Shown here: positions 39,780 through 46,193 of the stretch, piece after piece
Layout of the letters: the number at the start of each line of letters is the position of its first letter
How positions within the stretch are numbered: the stretch's first letter is position 1
Origin: a virus
Taxonomy: Duplodnaviria; Caudoviricetes
DNA length: 52,414 bases
Virus record (IMG/VR): IMGVR_UViG_3300044957_000556
Location: 1-52,414 of that record
Direction: 5' to 3' (one strand)
Made by a program: the position numbers and the translations under genes
Notes under the pieces: model-generated
Seen by the model: the letters and a program-made list of their open reading frames with translations, nothing else
Told to the model about the DNA's origin: nothing
Databases searched by the model: none

Positions 39780-40739
39780 ATGAAAAAAACTACTAAGATT
39801 CGTTGGGTTATTGCCCATGAGCCTTTGAACCTTTTCCTTCGTGCCGCCAAAGATTTTGAGCGTCGTGTAAACGAACAACAAAGCGAGCACATGATTGAAG
39901 TTGAAATCATGACTCTAACAGAGTACAGCCAGCGTTACAACGATGGTGTTGTTGTTACCAAGCATGATCTGCTAGATCTAATGGAAGCAGGCAAGATTGA
40001 AATGAGCCAGATGTACACAACATGGCTTGCTGAGAAGTATGAACAAGACTTCTTGGTATTTGATCTACCATTCCTGTTCAAAGACCATGAGCATGCTACC
40101 CGTGTGCTTGAAGGTGAAGTTGGCGAGACTCTGCTCTCTAAACTCACAGACAAGTCAAATGTACGTGGACTCAGCTTCACATACTCGGGCGGTTTCCGTC
40201 AGATGATTGCCAACAAGAAAGTTTCTACTCTAGAAGAACTTGTTGGCACTCCTGTGCGTTCAAACCGTAATCCTGTTGCACAAGCAACTATTTCTGCACT
40301 GGGCATGAAGCCTGTTGTGGCCGAAGTAGAAGATCTGCGCCGGGTAGTGGTAGAAGGTCAAGCCGAAGGTGGCGAAACCAACTATCCGCGTATGTACCCA
40401 CTGCGCCAAAACGAAGTTACCAAGTCAGTGATTGACACTGGTCACAGCTTGTTCTTGACAAGCATGATCATTGGTGACCAGTTCTGGAACAGCTTGAGTG
40501 CTGAAGTTCAGGCAGTTATCAAGCAAGCCGCTGTTGCTGCAGGCCGTGAAGAACGTGCTGAAACCATTCGTGACGGTGCTCGTGCCGAACAGCGTTTGGT
40601 TGCAGAAGAAGGTGCCAACATTGTCAAGTGGACACAAGAACAACGCGAAGCCGCCAAGGCCGCATTGTCAGATGTTTACAATCAGTTCCGTGATTCATTC
40701 ACACCTGGTCTGATCGAGGCAATCGAAAAGAAGGCTTGA
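39780..40739 (+). CDS. TRAP transporter substrate-binding protein (DctP-like), no obvious signal peptide
   Basis: FDLPFLF, GGFR, G..VR, TGH. Confidence 0.82.
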   Translation: MKKTTKIRWVIAHEPLNLFLRAAKDFERRVNEQQSEHMIEVEIMTLTEYSQRYNDGVVVTKHDLLDLMEAGKIEMSQMYTTWLAEKYEQDFLVFDLPFLFKDHEHATRVLEGEVGETLLSKLTDKSNVRGLSFTYSGGFRQMIANKKVSTLEELVGTPVRSNRNPVAQATISALGMKPVVAEVEDLRRVVVEGQAEGGETNYPRMYPLRQNEVTKSVIDTGHSLFLTSMIIGDQFWNSLSAEVQAVIKQAAVAAGREERAETIRDGARAEQRLVAEEGANIVKWTQEQREAAKAALSDVYNQFRDSFTPGLIEAIEKKA

Positions 40740-40759
40740 TAGGTACGCATAACCACAAG

Positions 40760-40786
40760 AAACCCTACCAAGTGTAGGGTTTTTTG
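40760..40786 (+). terminator. Rho-independent terminator
   Basis: AAACCCTAC/GTAGGGTTT stem followed by T run. Confidence 0.8.
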
Positions 40787-40868
40787 TTGACCTGTAAAAG
40801 AAAAACGCATGCAATCACTACTGAGATACAAATATCTTCACAAGATTAACTTTTTGGACTACCAGGGG

Positions 40869-40897
40869 TTGACAAAATATAAATAAACATATAAAAT
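40869..40897 (+). promoter_or_regulatory. Composite sigma70 + T4-type late promoter of the tRNA operon
   Basis: TTGACA-17 nt-TAAAAT with TATAAATA (40878-40885) nested in the spacer. Confidence 0.75.
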
Positions 40898-40937
40898 GAG
40901 TACATGTTGTAAAAAACAACAAGGATAAACAAAGCTA

Positions 40938-41075
40938 ATGAAAACGCAATCTTTACATAGACTAAACTCATACATAGCCAAACAGGCAGGCTTTATGCCT
41001 ACCTATTGGTCTGTGATTAGTCTATTTAATGATCGCACACCAGAGGGAACCAGGGTCCAGGAGACCATGACGTAA
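40938..41075 (+). CDS. Putative attenuator leader peptide (45 aa)
   Basis: SD AAGGA; MKTQSLHRLNSYIAKQAGFMPTYWSVISLFNDRTPEGTRVQETMT; 3' end overlaps the antiterminator strand. Confidence 0.6.
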   Translation: MKTQSLHRLNSYIAKQAGFMPTYWSVISLFNDRTPEGTRVQETMT

Positions 41076-41133
41076 ACAAAAGTTTAACCAAACTCCAAGG
41101 ACCCTAGGACTTAAAACCCTAGGGTTTTTTTTT
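41050..41133 (+). terminator. Attenuator: terminator with competing antiterminator
   Basis: Terminator ACCCTAGG(41101-08)/CCTAGGGT(41118-25) plus T run; antiterminator AGGGTCC-A-GGAG(41052-63)/CTCC-AA-GGACCCT(41093-105). Confidence 0.75.
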
Positions 41134-41158
41134 GCTTTAAACACAAGGAAAAAACAGA

Positions 41159-41338
41159 TTGAAAGAAAAAATAGATTACAGTACAATTGCCGATCGTATT
41201 GTTGAACAAGTAGTCGAGCATTCCAGATTCGTATTAAGAAAGGATGAGAAGCAAAAACTATTTCAAAGCAAGATAGATCAAGCTCGACAAGAGATCGAAG
41301 ACAGGGCAACATGCCCTATATGGCACACAGATCGCTAG
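41159..41338 (+). CDS. Small hypothetical protein (59 aa, TTG start)
   Basis: SD aagga; open frame KEKIDYSTIADRIVEQ... Confidence 0.45.
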   Translation: MKEKIDYSTIADRIVEQVVEHSRFVLRKDEKQKLFQSKIDQARQEIEDRATCPIWHTDR

Positions 41339-41549
41339 GTTGAGCACAGTGGACGTAGGCAACGAGGGCCATGAGACCACTATAAAAAATCTCTAGACGG
41401 GCGGACAGTAGGATGAACTCCTAGGCAATAACTAGGATTGTAAAAATACTGGGTAGGGTATAACCCTATCTACAGAGTAGCAATACTCTGTATCTTAAAA
41501 CACATTGCCGAGCAGTCAAGTTAATGAGTAGTGTGTTTTAAGATACAAT

Positions 41550-41636
41550 GGAGGTGTAGAAAAATTGTTAACCCCAGTGGACTGTAAATCCGCCGCCCGC
41601 AAGGTACTGCTGGTTCAACTCCAGCCGCCTCCACCA
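41550..41636 (+). tRNA. tRNA-Tyr(GTA)
   Basis: Acceptor GGAGGTG/CGCCTCC, loop CTGTAAA, long variable arm, CCA. Confidence 0.9.
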
Positions 41637-41642
41637 AGAATG

Positions 41643-41760
41643 CATACCGTCGCTTTACGGTGTGGCAGGACGGCTTCCCCAGTCATGACTGGATCCACGA
41701 AGTGGGCTTACGAGTGCTCCCAAACTCCGACTAGAGTTCTTCGCAAAAGAACATAGCACT
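41643..41760 (+). ncRNA. Unidentified multi-hairpin RNA inside the tRNA array
   Basis: Consecutive stems CATACCGT/ACGGTGTG, CCAGT/ACTGG, CCAC/GTGG, AGTGCT/AGCACT. Confidence 0.5.
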
Positions 41761-41766
41761 AATTTT

Positions 41767-41841
41767 GGTCTCAAAGTGTTCATGGACGCACACGAGCCTG
41801 TCACGCTCGAAGAAGGGGATCGTTACCCCTTGGGACCGCCA
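41767..41841 (+). tRNA. tRNA-Asp(GTC)
   Basis: Cloverleaf, CGAGC-CTGTCAC-GCTCG, CCA. Confidence 0.9.
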
Positions 41842-41847
41842 AATAAT

Positions 41848-41921
41848 ATTGCGTTGGATTTCTGGTAGATCCTTAGCTCTTCAAGCTAATGAGACGGGTT
41901 CGATTCCCGTACGCGATGCCA
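41848..41921 (+). tRNA. tRNA-Glu(TTC), atypical loop (C at position 33)
   Basis: ATTGCGT/ACGCGAT acceptor; TTAGC-TCTTCAA-GCTAA; canonical T arm. Confidence 0.65.
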
Positions 41922-41928
41922 AGTTTAT

Positions 41929-42003
41929 TCCAGAGTAGCACAGCGGTAGTGCAGTTGACTGTTAATCAATTGGTCGTTGGTTCGATCCCTGCCTCTGGAG
42001 CCA
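41929..42003 (+). tRNA. tRNA-Asn(GTT)
   Basis: Cloverleaf, loop CTGTTAA, CCA. Confidence 0.9.
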
Positions 42004-42008
42004 AATAT

Positions 42009-42098
42009 GCTCCTATAGTTTAATGGTAAAACGGCGGGCTTATACCCCTTAGCAACAAATAATTGGCTGATGCAGGATCGAATCCTGCTAGGGTACCA
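42009..42098 (+). tRNA. tRNA-Ile(TAT)-like with long variable arm, imperfect acceptor stem
   Basis: Loop CTTATAC; T arm GCAGG/CCTGC; extra arm; CCA. Confidence 0.55.
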
Positions 42099-42103
42099 AA
42101 CAT

Positions 42104-42180
42104 GTATCGGTAGTTCCAACTGGCAGAACGACAGTCTCCAAAACTGTATGCTGGGGGTTCGAATCCCTCCCGGTACGCCA
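42104..42180 (+). tRNA. tRNA-Trp(CCA)
   Basis: ACAGT-CTCCAAA-ACTGT. Confidence 0.9.
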
Positions 42181-42186
42181 AACAAT

Positions 42187-42264
42187 GCAACGGTGGCAGA
42201 GTGGCCCAATGCAACGGATTGCAAATCCGTAAAACCGTAGGTTCAAATCCTACCCGTTGCTCCA
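42187..42264 (+). tRNA. tRNA-Cys(GCA)
   Basis: ACGGA-TTGCAAA-TCCGT; U73 discriminator. Confidence 0.92.
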
Positions 42265-42269
42265 AATAT

Positions 42270-42359
42270 CGAAGAGTGGTAGAGCCCGGTTTAATGCACC
42301 TGTCTTGAAAACAGACGATCGGAAACGGTCTGTGAGTTCGAATCTCACCTCTTCGGCCA
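42270..42359 (+). tRNA. tRNA-Ser(TGA)
   Basis: Loop CTTGAAA, long variable arm, G73. Confidence 0.9.
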
Positions 42360-42365
42360 TATAAT

Positions 42366-42457
42366 AGTGAGTTGGATGAGAGGTTTAAATCGGCACCCTG
42401 CTAAGGTGTTGTCTTGGGAAACCAGGGCCGTGGGTTCGAATCCCACACTCACTGCCA
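42366..42457 (+). tRNA. tRNA-Ser(GCT)
   Basis: Loop CTGCTAA, long variable arm, G73. Confidence 0.9.
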
Positions 42458-42458
42458 T

Positions 42459-42535
42459 GCGCCTTTAGCTCAGTGGATTAAAGTATCACGCTACGAACGT
42501 GAGGGTCGGAGGTTCAAGTCCTTCAAGGCGTGCCA
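42459..42535 (+). tRNA. tRNA-Arg(ACG)
   Basis: TCACG-CTACGAA-CGTGA. Confidence 0.88.
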
Positions 42536-42541
42536 TTTAAT

Positions 42542-42617
42542 GGTATCCGTAGTGTAGTGGCCTGTACCCTGATCTATGAAAGCAGTAGAACCGGATCGAT
42601 ACCGGTCGGATACCCCA
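42542..42617 (+). tRNA. tRNA-His body with ATG anticodon (probably mutated GTG)
   Basis: G-1:C73 pair typical of His; loop CTATGAA; one anticodon-stem mismatch. Confidence 0.6.
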
Positions 42618-42625
42618 AAGATTTT

Positions 42626-42702
42626 GCCCCGGTGACGGAATTGGTATACGTGTTGGTCTTAGAAGCCAAATTTTAGGAGTTCGAGTCTCCTCTGGGGCAC
42701 CA
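42626..42702 (+). tRNA. tRNA-Leu(TAG), short variable loop
   Basis: TTGGT-CTTAGAA-GCCAA; A73. Confidence 0.85.
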
Positions 42703-42710
42703 AATACAAT

Positions 42711-42785
42711 GGGCTGTTAGTGATAACGGGAGCACGCTGCCTTTGCACGGCGAAGGTAAGAGTTCGATTTTCTTACGGTCCACCA
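42711..42785 (+). tRNA. tRNA-Ala(TGC)
   Basis: Loop TTTGCAC; G3:U70. Confidence 0.8.
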
Positions 42786-42793
42786 AGTCTGAT

Positions 42794-42870
42794 GCGGATG
42801 TGACGGAATAGTTATACGTATCGGACTTTAAATCCGAGTTTTGAGGGTTCGAGTCGGACCGCTACTACCA
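42794..42870 (+). pseudogene. Chimeric/degenerate tRNA (Leu-like 5' half, TTA anticodon, non-matching 3' end)
   Basis: TCGGA-CTTTAAA-TCCGA; T stem and acceptor stem do not pair after GTTCGAGTC. Confidence 0.6.
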
Positions 42871-42875
42871 ACTTT

Positions 42876-42951
42876 CCGCCTGTAGTCTAATGGATAAGGC
42901 AACGGTCTTCTACACCGTCAGATGTGGGTTCGAATCCTGCCAGGCGGGCCA
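42876..42951 (+). tRNA. tRNA-Arg(TCT)
   Basis: ACGGT-CTTCTAC-ACCGT. Confidence 0.9.
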
Positions 42952-42967
42952 AGCATTAAATAGTCAT

Positions 42968-43894
42968 ATGAAAACTATTTTAGTGACAGGTGGCGCAGGT
43001 TTTTTGGGCAGCCATCTCTGCGACAGGCTCATAAAAAACGGCAACAAGATCATATGTGTGGACAATCTCAGCACTGGATCTGCCCGCAATATTGAACATC
43101 TTCAAAATCATCCCAACTTTGTATTTGTTGAGCATGACATACGCCGTTATCAAAAATGGGCAGTGGATGAGATATATAATCTTGCTTGTCCTGCCAGCCC
43201 TGAGCAGTATCAGAAAAAACCAGCATACACTATAGAAACCTGTGTGTTGGGCATACTCAACATGCTAGAGCTCGTACGAGAAACTGGGGCTCGCATACTA
43301 CAAGCCAGTACCAGTGAAATATATGGCGATCCTTTGCAACATCCGCAAACAGAATCCTACTGGGGTAACGTGAATACGCTGGGTCCAAGAGGCTGTTACG
43401 ATGAAGGCAAACGCTGTGCCGAAAGCATGTTAATCGCCTATAGAGATCAGTATCATTGCCAGATAAAAATAGCTAGAATATTCAATACCTATGGCCCTAG
43501 AATGCAACATCATGATGGGCGTGTGGTCAGCAACTTTATCGTGCAGGCTTTGCAAGGCAGCGACATAACCTTTTACGGAACAGGTCGGCAGACCAGGAGT
43601 TTCTGTTATGTGTCAGACACTGTGGAAGCCTTGGTAAGACTAATGGCCACTGTGGATTTTGAAGGCCCTGTAAACATAGGTAATCCCGCAGAAATCACTT
43701 TGCTGGAGTTGGCTGATGTTATTTTGACCAAAACCCAAAGTTCAAGCCAAAAGATATTTCTTGCTCCGGTACGCGATGACCCTGCCAAACGCCAGCCAGA
43801 TATTACTCTGGCCAAACAGATGTTGGGCTGGAGTCCACAAGTCACTATAGATCAAGGTCTAGATCAGACCATACATTGGTTTTCCGGCTCTTAA
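42968..43894 (+). CDS. UDP-glucuronate decarboxylase (UXS-like NAD-dependent epimerase/dehydratase)
   Basis: TGGAGFLGSH, LACPASP, STSEIYG, YDEGKR, RIFNTYGP; start at ATG 42968 after the tRNA and TAAATA. Confidence 0.9.
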   Translation: MKTILVTGGAGFLGSHLCDRLIKNGNKIICVDNLSTGSARNIEHLQNHPNFVFVEHDIRRYQKWAVDEIYNLACPASPEQYQKKPAYTIETCVLGILNMLELVRETGARILQASTSEIYGDPLQHPQTESYWGNVNTLGPRGCYDEGKRCAESMLIAYRDQYHCQIKIARIFNTYGPRMQHHDGRVVSNFIVQALQGSDITFYGTGRQTRSFCYVSDTVEALVRLMATVDFEGPVNIGNPAEITLLELADVILTKTQSSSQKIFLAPVRDDPAKRQPDITLAKQMLGWSPQVTIDQGLDQTIHWFSGS

Positions 43895-43961
43895 CTCAGT
43901 TGGATAGAGTGCCAGTCTTCGAAACTGGAGGTCGTGGGTTCGAATCCTGCAGAGCCGGCCA
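43885..43961 (+). tRNA. tRNA-Arg(TCG)
   Basis: CCAGT-CTTCGAA-ACTGG; overlaps the last 10 nt of the upstream CDS. Confidence 0.88.
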
Positions 43962-43966
43962 GATTT

Positions 43967-44040
43967 TCCCGGATAGTTAAATGGTATAACGGTCGGCTGA
44001 TAACTGGCTATTACAAGTTCAATTCTTGTTCTGGAAACCA
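43967..44040 (+). tRNA. tRNA-Ile(GAT)
   Basis: GTCGG-CTGATAA-CTGGC; CCA. Confidence 0.8.
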
Positions 44041-44134
44041 TTTTTACCAAATGTTTAAACGCAAGTGTGCTGTAAGGCGTTATATAAGTAACACAGACAC
44101 ATTTCTGTGTTAGTTTCTAACCAAAGGAGAACTT

Positions 44135-44332
44135 ATGAAACTTGTAGCTACCCTAATCGCATCGTTGTTTGCAGTATCTGCTTTTGCACAGTCTCCAGCA
44201 GCCCCTACAAAGAAAGAAGAAGCCAAGCCTGCCGCTTCTGCGCCTGCTGCCATGCCAGCTGAAAAGAAAGCCGACGCTCTTAAAAGCGACGCTAAGAAAG
44301 ACGACAAAAAAGCTGAACCTGCTAAAAAGTAA
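44135..44332 (+). CDS. Small secreted Lys/Ala/Pro-rich protein
   Basis: SD aaggag; signal peptide ending AFA; low-complexity tail. Confidence 0.75.
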   Translation: MKLVATLIASLFAVSAFAQSPAAPTKKEEAKPAASAPAAMPAEKKADALKSDAKKDDKKAEPAKK

Positions 44333-44511
44333 TCCGGCGCCAACTATCGTACTCACCTTTGATGACAGTGAGTACGAAATAGAAGGAACGGATTCTTTAC
44401 ATGTAGGATATTGCAGACCTGAATTAGTACACGACACAGTTGACATAGAGCTCAGTGATTATGATAAGTTTAGGTTGTGGTTGGCCAGGCAACTGGCGCT
44501 AAAGAAGTATG

Positions 44512-44544
44512 AAGAAACCTGGGGTTGACTCAGGTTTCTTTTAT
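44512..44544. terminator. Probable bidirectional terminator
   Basis: AGAAACCTGGG/CTCAGGTTTCT stem between convergent ORFs. Confidence 0.55.
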
Positions 44545-45645
44545 TATATCCTTAGCAAGATCAGTGAGCTCCCCTAGATGCTTGGTCACAGTTTCCGCTG
44601 GTATATTGCGCAGGGTCAGTATGCTTTGCATTTTCTTTACAAAATCTTTTCGAAAATCTTGATTGTAGTTTACAGATCCCATGGTCAGCTTGAACTGAGA
44701 TAACATATTTTTTTGTGCAGTGGTAAGTTGATACTGCACACAGTGCTGGTCCAAAATATCGGCAATCACTTGTTTTTCATCAGCAGTAAGTATGCGCCAT
44801 TCTAACCAGGATGGTGCCTGAAGATTGACCAATACTGTTTGTAAACGATTTTTATTGCACCATTCCATCAAGGCAGCAATATATTGTATGTTTAAAGGCT
44901 GTACCACTGTGTTTACGTGAATGTGTTGATTGGGCAAAGTTTTTTTCAACATCACAATGTTTGCCTGCACAGTATCCCACTGCGCTGGATATCTCATAAA
45001 GTTATATGAGCTTTCGATTCCATCTAGGCTCACTTGAATGTCAACATGAGCTGCCTGTTTCAGCAAGGCCAACTGCGTTGGAAGCAAGATTGTTGCATTG
45101 GTCACAATGTTTATTTTTAGTTTTCGCTCTATGGCTTTTTCTAACAGCAAAATATTTTCCTTGGCAAAGAAAAACTCGCCGCCGATAAAACTAACTGATT
45201 CAAGATCAGACAACTGCTCCAAGGCTTCCTGCACTTGTTGGTTGTGATTGATCACAGGATAAGATTCTATCCAGCCCAATGTCCGACGTTCGCTGCCCAG
45301 AGCAGTGCTATAAGTTGGGTCGCACATGAAACATTTGAGATTGCAGGTGTTATTGACCAAGATTTCAAGATGTATTATTTTTGATCTGTTGTCAGATTGA
45401 AAAAAATGATTGTAACGTTGTCTAAAACTGGGCTGTCCTTTGAGTTCTTGATTGGCACAAAGTCTGCAACCTAAAGGCAAAGGCTTTTCAGACTGTAGAT
45501 GTTGTTTCAGTTCCTGTAACTCAGTGCTGGCTAGATACTGAGAAATTGATTGCGCAGGCATAGGCTCTTTATAATGACAACAGGGTTTGTATTCAGGGCC
45601 CGAATCAATACGAATGTTGATAAATGGTTGTATGCAATAAGGCAT
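44530..45645 (-). CDS. Radical SAM protein with N-terminal twitch/SPASM-like Cys cluster
   Basis: CNLKCFMC, GGE, VTNAT, SLDG; start moved to ATG 45645 (upstream part is antisense tRNA). Confidence 0.82.
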   Translation of the reverse strand: MPYCIQPFINIRIDSGPEYKPCCHYKEPMPAQSISQYLASTELQELKQHLQSEKPLPLGCRLCANQELKGQPSFRQRYNHFFQSDNRSKIIHLEILVNNTCNLKCFMCDPTYSTALGSERRTLGWIESYPVINHNQQVQEALEQLSDLESVSFIGGEFFFAKENILLLEKAIERKLKINIVTNATILLPTQLALLKQAAHVDIQVSLDGIESSYNFMRYPAQWDTVQANIVMLKKTLPNQHIHVNTVVQPLNIQYIAALMEWCNKNRLQTVLVNLQAPSWLEWRILTADEKQVIADILDQHCVQYQLTTAQKNMLSQFKLTMGSVNYNQDFRKDFVKKMQSILTLRNIPAETVTKHLGELTDLAKDIIKET

Positions 45646-45656
45646 AAGATATTTAA

Positions 45657-45731
45657 GGGGAGTTAGTATAGTTGGGAAAACATTGCGCTTGCACCGCAAA
45701 GTCAGGGGTTCGACTCCCCTACTCTCCACCA
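45657..45731 (+). tRNA. tRNA-Ala(TGC)
   Basis: TTGCG-CTTGCAC-CGCAA; G3:U70; CCA. Confidence 0.9.
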
Positions 45732-45769
45732 AATACAATGTTGTAAGATCATTTAGATAAGTAAAAATA

Positions 45770-46193
45770 CTATGCGAGAGTATGCACCCAGCGGCGCTCC
45801 TGGATCTGCTGGCAATGATGATAGGGTGAGAGGCCCTAGGCCACGCGAGGGCTATACATGTCTCGATAGGCTCGTGAAAGTATTGCTGTATGAAGCCGAG
45901 AGAAAAGTGTTTTGGATGCGGGTTCGATTCCCGCCAGGTCCACCATAAGAGGATTGTATGGATGACATAACTAGATTCGCTATTGGATTTATTGTAGCAA
46001 CCGTGGTCATGCTGTTAGTCCTTTTATAATGGGCCTGCATTGGATTTTGACAGGGCAAAGAGTAACAGAGTGGACAGCACGACAGGAGTAGTCGTTAAAA
46101 GCAAAACAACGTAAACGCAAACGACGAACAGTTTGTATTGGCCGCCTAAACTTGGTCTAGGGTTTGCCGGGTTCCTCGTAACAGAATACCCGG
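45770..46193 (+). ncRNA. ssrA: Circularly permuted two-piece tmRNA
   Basis: Acceptor piece ends in T arm + CAGGTCCACCA at 45945; coding piece starts GGGCCTG at 46031 (G3:U70); tag ANDEQFVLAA* at 46117-46149; outer ends approximate. Confidence 0.88.
45958..46029 (+). CDS. Putative 23-aa hydrophobic peptide in the tmRNA intervening segment
   Basis: SD gagga; MDDITRFAIGFIVATVVMLLVLL. Confidence 0.4.
   Translation: MDDITRFAIGFIVATVVMLLVLL

Noticed and set aside
41848-41921. Opal suppressor or Sec tRNA (TCA seen in the loop)
   Set aside because: With the 5-bp stem the centred anticodon is TTC, and there is no long Sec-type arm.
41565-42265. ORFs 41565-41756, 41925-42224 and 42020-42265, and the N-terminal extensions of 42890 and 45738
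   Set aside because: They overlap tRNA genes or their antisense strands and are shadow ORFs.
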